The notes under the pieces are model-generated. The model was not told the origin of the DNA, ran no database searches, and worked only from the letters and a program-made list of their open reading frames with translations. Made by a program: the position numbers and the translations under genes. A stretch of 64,000 nt of DNA from Candidatus Micrarchaeia archaeon. GTDB lineage: Archaea; Micrarchaeota; Micrarchaeia; Anstonellales; Bilamarchaeaceae. Shown here one piece after another: positions 56,548-64,000 of this stretch (position 1 is its first letter; the number at the start of each line of letters is the position of its first letter). Location: contig JBAZFC010000001.1 in assembly GCA_041653635.1 (NCBI GenBank), forward strand, positions 265,111 to 329,110, read 5' to 3'.

Positions 56548-59190
56548 ATGCTCACGAAGGATTCCCTCCGCGCACAGTTCTCCAAAGAGTGGGAGAAGCA
56601 CTACAAGACGAAGGCATTGGAGGAGCACGGGTTCAGGAGGGGCAAGTGCGCGAAGTGCGGCAAGAACTTCTGGAGCATAGAGGAAAGGGAGCTGTGCGGG
56701 GACGCCTCCTGTACCGGATATACGTTCATAGGGAATGCGCCGAGCAATAAGAAACTGGGTTATGTGGAGACGTGGAAGGGGATAGAGAAATATTTCACTT
56801 CGCACGGGCACGGGAGCATAAAATCCTATCCGTCCGTGGCGAGGTGGAGGGACGACTTATACTTCACTATTGCTTCAATTAATGGGTTCCAGCCGTATGT
56901 GGTTAATGGGGAGTTGGAAGCGCCGGCTAATCCTTTGATTATTCCGCAGGTGTGCATAAGATTCCCGGACATTGCAAACGTAGGGGTTACGGGAAGGCAC
57001 TATACTAATTTCGTGATGGTGGGGCAGCATGCCTTCAACACCAAGAAGACTGGATTGTTCTATTGGAAGGACGAGGCGCTGAGGCACGACATAGAATATC
57101 TCAAAAAATTGGGGGTGCACCCCAAGGACCTGGTCTTCCAGGAGGACGTTTGGATGGGCGGGGGCAACTACGGCCCCTGCATAGAGTATTTCTCCGGAGG
57201 GTTGGAGCTGGGGAATTGCGTCTTCATGCAATACGAGATTCTTCCGGATGGGGGGAGCAGGGAATTATCCACTAAAACGATAGATATGGGGGCGGGGCTT
57301 TCGCGGCTCTGCTGGATTACCCACGGGACGCCGGACTCTTATTCCGTTGTTTTTGGAAAAATGGTTCCCAAGTACAAGAAGAAATTCGGGATAACGGTGG
57401 ACGAGAAAAAATACCTGGAATTCGCCAAGAGGGTGGGCGGTCTGGATGTGGATGAGGTCGCGGACCCTGAGGCGGAGGTGCGGAGGATTGAGCAGGAGAT
57501 TGGATATCCGGGATTTGAGAAGACGCTCGCGCCTTTGCAGGGATTGTATGCTTCCCTGGACCATTTGCTTACGCTTCTATTTACAGTAAAGGATGGGATG
57601 CTTCCCTCAAATGCTGGAGGGGGGTACAACCTGCGCATGGTGCTGAGGAGGGCGTTCGGGTTCGCGGAGGAGTTCGGCTGGGACGTTGATTACGCGGAAA
57701 TACTGGAGGGGCATGCGAAGGAATTGAAGGGCATATTCCCCGAGCTTGCGGACGGGGTGGAGAGCACTTCGGATGTTATTGAGGAGGAGAAAAGGAAGTA
57801 CAAGGCGACTAAGGACGGGGCTGCGGGGAAAGTCACCAATATGCTCGGGAGGGGCATAGGGGAGAAGGAGCTGGTCGTGCTCTATGAAAGCCACGGAATT
57901 CAGCCTGAGATGGTTGCGGAGATTGCGAAGGCGAAGGGCGTGGACGTGAAGGTGCCCATGAACTTCTACGATAAAGTGAGGGGCAAAGAAGAGGATGTGG
58001 AGAAGGAAGCGGGCGGGGAGAAGAAAATAGACGTGGAAGGGATACCAAAAACCGAGGGGCTCTGGTATTCAACGGATGGGGCGTTCAAGGCGAAAGTGCT
58101 GAAGGTAATTGGAAAATTTGTGGTGCTGGACAAGAGCGCGTTTTACCCCGAGGGCGGCGGGCAGGTCGGGGACAACGGCGAGCTTGGCGGGGTGCGGGTG
58201 CTTAATACTACTAAACAGGCGGGAGTGGTCTTGCATCTGGTGGAGGATGCGGGAAAATTCAAGGAAGGTGCTACTGTGGAGGGAAAGGCAAATCTTGGGA
58301 GGAGGAAGAGGGTTTCAAAGCATCATACCGCCGCGCATCTTTTGAACGCGGCGTGCAGGGAAATCCTCGGCACGCACATCTGGCAGGGCGGCAGCGGCAA
58401 AAAGGAGGAGGAGGCGCACCTGGACGTTACGCACTACAAGAGGATTACGGACGAGCAGCTGAACGAGATTGAGGCGAAGGTTAATGATTACATAATGGGG
58501 GATTTGAAAATAGAAGTGGAAGTGCTGCCGCGGAACGTCGCGGAGCAGAAGTATGGGTTTTCGCTTTATCAGGGCGGTGCGGTTCCGGGAAAGGAATTGA
58601 GGATTGTGAAGATAGGAGATGGTGGAAAACTGGTTGATGCGGAAGCCTGCGGGGGGACGCACCAGATGAACACCACTACGGGGGAGCTGGGCTATTTCAA
58701 AATCGTGAAAAGGGAGAGCGTGCAGGATGGCGTGGAGCGGATATACTATAAAGTTGGGGAAGCGGCCGTGAAATACGCGCAGGAGCGCGAGGCGCTGCTG
58801 AAGAGGGCGGCGGGCGTCGTGAGCGTTTCCGAGCACCAGCTGCCTGATGCGGTCGGAAGGTTCTTTGAGGAATGGAAGGCGCAGCGGAAGGAAATAGAGA
58901 AATTGAAGGAGGAGTTCATCTCTGCGCGGGCAGAGGAAATAATAGAAAGGAGCGCGAAGGAGGGCGTGGTGCAGGAGAAAATAGAGGAGGATGCGAAGGC
59001 GCTCGCAAGGATTGGGGCGCTCGTCTCGGAGAGCGCAGGTGCTATGGTTATCCTCACTAATTCGCAGGGGAACGTGGTCTGTGCAGCCGGGAAGGGGGCA
59101 AAGAGGAACGCGCTGCAGCTGTTTGAGGAATTGAAGAAGAAGGGTGCGAAGGGCGGCGGAAATGAAAAAATGGTTTCCGGGAAACTATAG
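56548..59190 (+). CDS. alaS: Alanyl-tRNA synthetase, archaeal type.
   Basis: The archaeal N-terminal Cys cluster (CAKCGK...CGDASC) is present. FIGN, VARWRDDLYFTIASI and an HxxxH/CxxxH editing domain are present. It is 880 aa. Confidence 0.9.
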   Translation: MLTKDSLRAQFSKEWEKHYKTKALEEHGFRRGKCAKCGKNFWSIEERELCGDASCTGYTFIGNAPSNKKLGYVETWKGIEKYFTSHGHGSIKSYPSVARWRDDLYFTIASINGFQPYVVNGELEAPANPLIIPQVCIRFPDIANVGVTGRHYTNFVMVGQHAFNTKKTGLFYWKDEALRHDIEYLKKLGVHPKDLVFQEDVWMGGGNYGPCIEYFSGGLELGNCVFMQYEILPDGGSRELSTKTIDMGAGLSRLCWITHGTPDSYSVVFGKMVPKYKKKFGITVDEKKYLEFAKRVGGLDVDEVADPEAEVRRIEQEIGYPGFEKTLAPLQGLYASLDHLLTLLFTVKDGMLPSNAGGGYNLRMVLRRAFGFAEEFGWDVDYAEILEGHAKELKGIFPELADGVESTSDVIEEEKRKYKATKDGAAGKVTNMLGRGIGEKELVVLYESHGIQPEMVAEIAKAKGVDVKVPMNFYDKVRGKEEDVEKEAGGEKKIDVEGIPKTEGLWYSTDGAFKAKVLKVIGKFVVLDKSAFYPEGGGQVGDNGELGGVRVLNTTKQAGVVLHLVEDAGKFKEGATVEGKANLGRRKRVSKHHTAAHLLNAACREILGTHIWQGGSGKKEEEAHLDVTHYKRITDEQLNEIEAKVNDYIMGDLKIEVEVLPRNVAEQKYGFSLYQGGAVPGKELRIVKIGDGGKLVDAEACGGTHQMNTTTGELGYFKIVKRESVQDGVERIYYKVGEAAVKYAQEREALLKRAAGVVSVSEHQLPDAVGRFFEEWKAQRKEIEKLKEEFISARAEEIIERSAKEGVVQEKIEEDAKALARIGALVSESAGAMVILTNSQGNVVCAAGKGAKRNALQLFEELKKKGAKGGGNEKMVSGKL

Positions 59191-59895
59191 GACCGGAGTG
59201 AGCTTAGAGGGGTCGGAGAGGAAGTCAAACTTCTCCGGCTTGTTGTAGAACATCTCAAGAAGGTCGCCGAGCATCACTCCGTAGCGATGGTTTATCTGGC
59301 GCGGCACGAGCTTCTCCTGCTTCTTGATTATGTAGTAGGTGTTCTGCTTGTAGCCGAAGCGCGTGCAGAAGAACGCGGGCCCGTGGTTCTCCATGTATTC
59401 TTCATACTTTGAATCAAAGCTTGCGACTATGTTCGCAAGGATGAGGGGCGAATCCCCTGTGTTGTAAGAGACGTGGCCGTAGCCGGGCGGGATTATGAAG
59501 GATTCCTTTTCCCCGGCTTCAATGGTGATGCAATCAACGCTCTCGTCCTTGTGCTTGCGCTGGAGCACGAAGGAGGCCTTCCCCTTCAGGACCTGGTAAA
59601 CCTCGGGGTATGCCGCCCCCGCCTTGGAGGGCGGATGGTAATGCCCCAGCGTCTTGGAGTATTCGTCCCCGTAGAAGCGCGGCTCTATTACGGTTATGTC
59701 GTAGCGGAGGTTCTCCCACTGGTGGACGCCCCGGAACATGTAATATGCGATTCCTTCGGGGCCCATGAGGTGCGGCTCCATCATCACTTCTTTCAATTCG
59801 GAAACCTTCCTCGTGGTGAAGGGCCATTCCTCCCCGTCCTTCAGCAGGGTGCGGCCAAGAAGCTCTAACCTGAACGGCTTTTCGTATAGAATCAT
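59185..59895 (-). CDS. pgiA: Cupin-type glucose-6-phosphate isomerase (archaeal cPGI).
   Basis: The metal-site pattern TLGHYH...EVY...GxGHV matches the Pyrococcus-type cPGI. Confidence 0.6.
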   Translation of the reverse strand: MILYEKPFRLELLGRTLLKDGEEWPFTTRKVSELKEVMMEPHLMGPEGIAYYMFRGVHQWENLRYDITVIEPRFYGDEYSKTLGHYHPPSKAGAAYPEVYQVLKGKASFVLQRKHKDESVDCITIEAGEKESFIIPPGYGHVSYNTGDSPLILANIVASFDSKYEEYMENHGPAFFCTRFGYKQNTYYIIKKQEKLVPRQINHRYGVMLGDLLEMFYNKPEKFDFLSDPSKLTPVL

Positions 59896-59899
59896 GAAG

Positions 59900-60274
59900 T
59901 CACTTCTTGTGGCGGCCGAAGGTTGCCTTGCGCGGAGTGCCGGACTTTATTTTTTCTGCCTTCAGTTTCGCGAGCAGCACCTGCAGGAACGAGATGAACT
60001 CGTGGCGCTCCATTTCGTGCTTGGCGACGCCCTCCTCCAGGGAGTCAATGGTCTTGGAAAGGGACCCGTAAAGCTCCCTGCTGCGCGAGTCCATCCCCGG
60101 GTGCTCCATGTGCTCTATGAGGGACTGCTTTATGACGCGGAGGCGTGCCTCGAGGTTCCTCGCCTCGTCGCTCTCCTCCTCGAGGCGTATCTCCATTGAG
60201 CGCGCCATGGCAGCTATCTCTGCCCAGGACTTGCCCTCAAGGCTTTTCCCGAGGCTTTCACCGTGCGGAAGCAT
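59900..60274 (-). CDS. Hypothetical coiled-coil protein with a basic C-terminus.
   Basis: A heptad-like charged sequence is present. The longer ORF-track version overlaps a promoter-like region. Confidence 0.3.
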   Translation of the reverse strand: MLPHGESLGKSLEGKSWAEIAAMARSMEIRLEEESDEARNLEARLRVIKQSLIEHMEHPGMDSRSRELYGSLSKTIDSLEEGVAKHEMERHEFISFLQVLLAKLKAEKIKSGTPRKATFGRHKK

Positions 60275-60326
60275 CACGGGAATAAAGACGGCAAATATAA
60301 TAAAGGTTGGGGAAGAAAAGGGACGC

Positions 60327-61136
60327 ATGCGAAAGGCGCTATTTGCACTCCTGCTGCTCTCCCTTACGTATGCGGAATTCACGCTGACCGCCATGGATGT
60401 CCTGGTGGACGTGAATGCGCAGGGCGACGCGACGGTTACGGAGAAGCTGCATTACATCATAACCAGCTCTTATCATATATCCTTATACGAATCAAACCTC
60501 GCGAAGACCGACATCGGCTCCTGGGGGGCGCTCATCGGCTCGGACGAGGTCAGGTCCCACCTGGACAACCGGGTGGTGAGCGTGGAGAACGTGGTGGTGA
60601 GGCCCGCGCCCACTTCCAGGTGCAACCCGCTCGCCGAGCTGTGCCATGGGGAGCTGACTATAACATATGAGGCGAAGCCGTACGTGAGGGCGGATGGCGA
60701 GGAGGTGCCGGGGACGGGGATATTCACAGTGGAGCAGTACAAGCCGCGCACCACAAGATACACGCTCAACGAGGGCGCGCTGCAGTTCCAGACCAGCGAG
60801 CTGGGCGACGTGGTGCTGGGCGAGAACGAGCGGCTCTCATTCATGCTCCCTAGGGGCGCGAAGGTCGCATATGTGAACCCACTGCCCGGGAACACGGAGC
60901 AGACCGGGGACGGAAGGCAGCAGCTGAGCTGGGAGAACGAGGTGCTCGCGCACTTCTCCATGGTCTTTGAGAAGGAGGAGGGGCTGGACCAGGAAGTGAT
61001 AGGGTTCTTCATAGGGGCGAGGAGCAAGCTTTATGACTTTTTGAGCGGGCCCCAGGGGCTGCCGGCCATTGCGCTGGTGCTCATACTCGCGGGCTCGTAC
61101 CTCTACCTGCAGACCAAGCAGAAGAAGGCGGCGTGA
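60327..61136 (+). CDS. Secreted protein with an N-terminal signal peptide and a C-terminal TM helix plus basic tail (sorting-signal-like).
   Basis: The N-terminus is MRKALFALLLLSLTYA. The C-terminus is GLPAIALVLILAGSYLYLQTKQKKAA. It overlaps the pheS start by 4 nt. Confidence 0.5.
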   Translation: MRKALFALLLLSLTYAEFTLTAMDVLVDVNAQGDATVTEKLHYIITSSYHISLYESNLAKTDIGSWGALIGSDEVRSHLDNRVVSVENVVVRPAPTSRCNPLAELCHGELTITYEAKPYVRADGEEVPGTGIFTVEQYKPRTTRYTLNEGALQFQTSELGDVVLGENERLSFMLPRGAKVAYVNPLPGNTEQTGDGRQQLSWENEVLAHFSMVFEKEEGLDQEVIGFFIGARSKLYDFLSGPQGLPAIALVLILAGSYLYLQTKQKKAA

Positions 61137-62578
61137 TTCTTATGATATTGCACAGGCAGGAGAAGATTTTGCTGAAGAAGCTGCGCGGAGCGGGCAAAAA
61201 GAACGTGGACGAGCTTTCGCAGGATATGGGCGAAAGGGACGCGTTCAGGAGGGCGGCGCTCTGGCTGCAGGAGAAGGGGCTCGCGGAAGTGGAGGAGAAA
61301 TCCGAAAAGGGATACAAGAGGGGCGAGGAATGCGAACGCTTCCTGAAGGAGGGATTCCCCGAGGTGCGGGTTGCGGGGAAGGATGGCAAGGCAATCGGCG
61401 AGCTTGGGGAAGAGGAGAAGAGAATAGGATTGATGTGGGCGAAGAGGAATGGATGGATTGCCATTGAGAACGGAAAAATAAAGGCGGTGAAGAAGCCGGG
61501 CGAGTATGCGCTGGAGAAGGCGGCGCGGAACCCGGAGAGGGCGGGGAAGGGCGAGCTGGACACGCTGGTGGCGAGGGGGCTGCTGGTCGGGAGCGAACGG
61601 AAGAGCACCTTCATTTCACTTACTAAAAAAGGGGAGGAGGAAGCGGGAAAGGTCGGGGAAATAAAGGAGGAAATAGGCGAACTCACGCATGAGATGATCA
61701 CGAGCGGGAAGTGGAAGGGCGCGTCATTCAGCCCGTATGCGGTGGCGCCCGCGGCCGATGAGCCGATTGGAAAAATGCACCCGCTTACTAGGATGACCGA
61801 GAAGATAAGGCGGATATTCATAGAGATGGGATTTGAGGAAATGGAGGGGCCTATGCTGGAGAGCTCCTTCTGGAACTTTGACGCGCTTTTCCAGCCGCAG
61901 GACCACCCTGCGCGGGATTTGGCGGACACATTCTATATGGAAGGGAAAGGGGAATTGCCCGAGAAAAAATTAGTGGACAAGGTCAAGGGCAGCCATGAGA
62001 AGGGCTGGAAATATTCGTGGAGCCATGAGGAGGCGCGCCGGACGGTTTTGAGGACGCACACCACCGCGGTGAGCGCCAGGTACCTTGCGAAACTGGATGC
62101 GGAGCTGAAAAAGGGCGGGGACAAGGGCAAGAAATATTTCTGCGTCGGGAGGGTGTTCAGGAACGAAGCCACGGACTTCAAGCACCTCGCGGAATTCCAC
62201 CAGGTGGAGGGGATTGTCGCGTGGGACGGGGCGAACTTCACGCACCTCCTGGGGCTGCTGAAGGAATTCTACAGGAGATTGGGCTTTGAGAAGGTGAGGT
62301 TCAGGCCGAGCTATTTCCCATACACCGAGCCGAGCCTGGAAATAGAAGTGTTCTTTGAAAGGAAGAAGGGCGGCGGGGGCGAATGGATGGAATTGGGCGG
62401 GGCCGGCATATTCAGGCCCGAGATGACCAAACCGCTCTGCGGGGTTTATCCCGTGCTCGCGTGGGGGCTCAGCCTGGAGAGGCCGATGATGCTGATGGAG
62501 GGGCTGGACGACATCAGAACCTTCTACAAAAATGATTTGGAGTGGCTGAAGACGAGCAGGATTGGAAAGGATTATTAA
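61133..62578 (+). CDS. pheS: Phenylalanyl-tRNA synthetase alpha subunit, archaeal/eukaryal type.
   Basis: N-terminal winged-helix repeats are followed by a class II core (motifs 1-3; FRNE...GAG). It is 481 aa. Confidence 0.85.
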   Translation: MILMILHRQEKILLKKLRGAGKKNVDELSQDMGERDAFRRAALWLQEKGLAEVEEKSEKGYKRGEECERFLKEGFPEVRVAGKDGKAIGELGEEEKRIGLMWAKRNGWIAIENGKIKAVKKPGEYALEKAARNPERAGKGELDTLVARGLLVGSERKSTFISLTKKGEEEAGKVGEIKEEIGELTHEMITSGKWKGASFSPYAVAPAADEPIGKMHPLTRMTEKIRRIFIEMGFEEMEGPMLESSFWNFDALFQPQDHPARDLADTFYMEGKGELPEKKLVDKVKGSHEKGWKYSWSHEEARRTVLRTHTTAVSARYLAKLDAELKKGGDKGKKYFCVGRVFRNEATDFKHLAEFHQVEGIVAWDGANFTHLLGLLKEFYRRLGFEKVRFRPSYFPYTEPSLEIEVFFERKKGGGGEWMELGGAGIFRPEMTKPLCGVYPVLAWGLSLERPMMLMEGLDDIRTFYKNDLEWLKTSRIGKDY

Positions 62579-62611
62579 AGATGGCGCGGGGGGTTATGAG
62601 TACCCTAGAGA

Positions 62612-62632
62612 GAAGGGGGGTGTCCCCCCTTC
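62612..62632 (+). other. Perfect 9 bp hairpin gaagggggg-tgt-ccccccttc.
   Basis: It is GC-only with a 3 nt loop. It sits between the pheS stop and a degenerate copy of the pheS 3' end. Confidence 0.5.
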
Positions 62633-62638
62633 CTCTTG

Positions 62639-62689
62639 GAGAATGACCTGGATTGGCTCAAGGGCAGCAGGGTTGGAAGGGATTACTAG
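62639..62689 (+). repeat. Diverged duplicate of the last 50 nt of pheS (nt 62528-62578), including a stop codon.
   Basis: About 75% nucleotide identity. The copy would encode ENDLDWLKGSRVGRDY*, against NDLEWLKTSRIGKDY* in the gene. Confidence 0.55.
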
Positions 62690-62703
62690 ACGGGGCTAGA
62701 TGG

Positions 62704-64000
62704 ATGGTAAATAGCAAGGCAATCGTGGTGGGGCTCGTTGTCCTTTTCCTATTGGCAGTGGTGGTGCTGAGCATCGTGCCGAAGAAGGAGGCGCAGGCCG
62801 CCGCGGGCTGGATAGAGCCGATAAAGGGCGGCAGGGCTGGCACGGACGCATATTTTCTGTTTGAGGCGAACGGAAGCGGCAGCGCTGAGCTCATCTCTCT
62901 TTCGGAAAAGCCGAAGACGACCGTAGTGGTGCTGAGCGAGACCGGGATAGATGACGAAACGAACAACAGGTTTGACGAGTTCGTAGGCGGCCTTGGCGCG
63001 CTTGAGGGGTACGGGATGAACGTGGAGGTCATCGGGCCTGCGGACATACGCACGGTCCGGGACTCCGTGATAATAATAGTGAATGGCGCGATGCCGAGGT
63101 ACGTGCTTGACGACCTCGCAACGCTGTATGCGCGTGGCAACAGCCTAATCTACATAGGCAAGACCGACTTTACGCTTAACCGGGCGGAACTCAGGAGGGA
63201 TTATTGGCTCGCCCAGCTGGACAACGCGAGCGCTGAGAAGCTGGTCATAAAGGAGATGCGGCTCGGGGATTTCCTGGACACCCCTGGCGCGGCTGCCGAC
63301 CTGAACTACCAGATACTGGGCAACAGGTGGGCGGAGGCCGGGGACGCGGCCTTCCCGTTCAGCGGGTTTTCGGGGAGCAAGACGCTTTTCGTGCCCGTAA
63401 GCGACGGGGGATATTACAGGTTCATTTATGACGCGGGCGGGGAGAAGGGGTTCGTGGACTCGGGCCGCCTCCCTGCGGAGAAATTGGATGTGAGGGCCAC
63501 CCCGGACATCTACCCCTGGGACAAGGCGGAACTGTATTTCACGATGAACCAGAGCACCGGCAGGGTGCTCTACACCCTGGAGAAGGACGGGGAGCAGATT
63601 GCCGCCGAGGAATTGGGGTATGTGGGCGCGGAGAAGGCGTTCTTCTACACTTTTGAGTTTGAGGAGCCGGGGGATTACCTGTTCTGGGTGTACGACGGCT
63701 CTGGCACGCTGGGCTCGTCGCACATGCACGTGAGGGCGATAAACATCAGCATTTCCGAATTGAGGGACGTGCGGATGGAGTTCAACGTAACGGTGGACGG
63801 GGTGCCTGTGAAGACCGGGAAGGCGATGGTCTCGCTGGACGGAGCCGAGGAGAGGGAATACTCTATAAGCGACGGCAGGATGTCGGTGCCCGTGCGGCTC
63901 AAGTCGGGCGTGAACAGCATCCGCGTGAAATACCTGGAATATGTCACAATCATCAGCTACGAGCAGACCGAGGAAAGCCTGATTGACGTGTATGCGAAAT
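62704..64000 (+). CDS. Secreted protein with an N-terminal signal anchor, 432 aa or more, 3' partial. It is not in the ORF track.
   Basis: An uninterrupted frame runs from the ATG at 62704 to the window end. It opens with MVNSKAIVVGLVVLFLLAVVVLSIV. The composition looks coding. The minus-strand ORFs in the track that cover this region are antisense artefacts. Confidence 0.55.
   Translation, partial: MVNSKAIVVGLVVLFLLAVVVLSIVPKKEAQAAAGWIEPIKGGRAGTDAYFLFEANGSGSAELISLSEKPKTTVVVLSETGIDDETNNRFDEFVGGLGALEGYGMNVEVIGPADIRTVRDSVIIIVNGAMPRYVLDDLATLYARGNSLIYIGKTDFTLNRAELRRDYWLAQLDNASAEKLVIKEMRLGDFLDTPGAAADLNYQILGNRWAEAGDAAFPFSGFSGSKTLFVPVSDGGYYRFIYDAGGEKGFVDSGRLPAEKLDVRATPDIYPWDKAELYFTMNQSTGRVLYTLEKDGEQIAAEELGYVGAEKAFFYTFEFEEPGDYLFWVYDGSGTLGSSHMHVRAINISISELRDVRMEFNVTVDGVPVKTGKAMVSLDGAEEREYSISDGRMSVPVRLKSGVNSIRVKYLEYVTIISYEQTEESLIDVYAK

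Noticed and set aside
1-64000. CRISPR arrays, integrases or transposases, rRNA and tRNA genes.
   Set aside because: No regularly spaced direct repeats and no recombinase or transposase-like ORFs are present. No sequence is able to form a tRNA cloverleaf or matches rRNA.

Overview
This 64 kb window is high-GC (about 60%) and densely coding. It is almost certainly from an archaeon. It has an archaeal-type AlaRS with the N-terminal Cys cluster, an archaeal/eukaryal-type PheRS alpha subunit, an aTrm56 tRNA methyltransferase, a cupin-type glucose-6-phosphate isomerase, leaderless TATA promoters, oligo-T terminators, and a tiny ribosomal protein L41e gene. I found no rRNA, tRNA, CRISPR array or obvious mobile element. 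The content falls into four blocks. (1) 1-3.4 kb is a serine-metabolism operon: a ParB/Srx-like protein (possibly SerK-like), a class V aminotransferase and a phosphoglycerate dehydrogenase, followed by a ferredoxin and a PduO-type adenosyltransferase. (2) 4.2-12.7 kb is a copper island. Two regulators of lower GC sit beside an unusual HMA plus Cys-motif membrane plus cupredoxin fusion, a cupredoxin paralogue, and two P1B ATPases: a CopA-type with TRASH and HMA domains, and a CopB-type with a His-rich N-terminus and a CPH motif. (3) About 15.5-56.5 kb is a roughly 40 kb surface-glycan island. It has two sets of nonulosonic-acid (pseudaminic/legionaminic-type) genes: two NeuB-family synthases, two DegT aminotransferases, two SpsF/PseF-type cytidylyltransferases and two GNATs. 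It also has a PseA/WbuX-type amidotransferase with HisH/HisF partners that would make an acetamidino group, and a methyltransferase. Two tandem Capsule_synth (KpsS/KpsC-like) paralogues sit beside a radical-SAM/SPASM enzyme, along with RmlC/RmlD-like proteins, RfbF, several GT1/GT2 transferases, a Wzx flippase and two large GT-C-like membrane proteins. A secreted lipoprotein built from about ten Cys-rich repeats lies at its edge. (4) 56.5-64 kb is housekeeping: alaS, cupin PGI and pheS, flanked by secreted or anchored proteins. The last of these is a long + strand ORF that runs off the window and is missing from the ORF track. Many long antisense ORFs in the track are GC artefacts.
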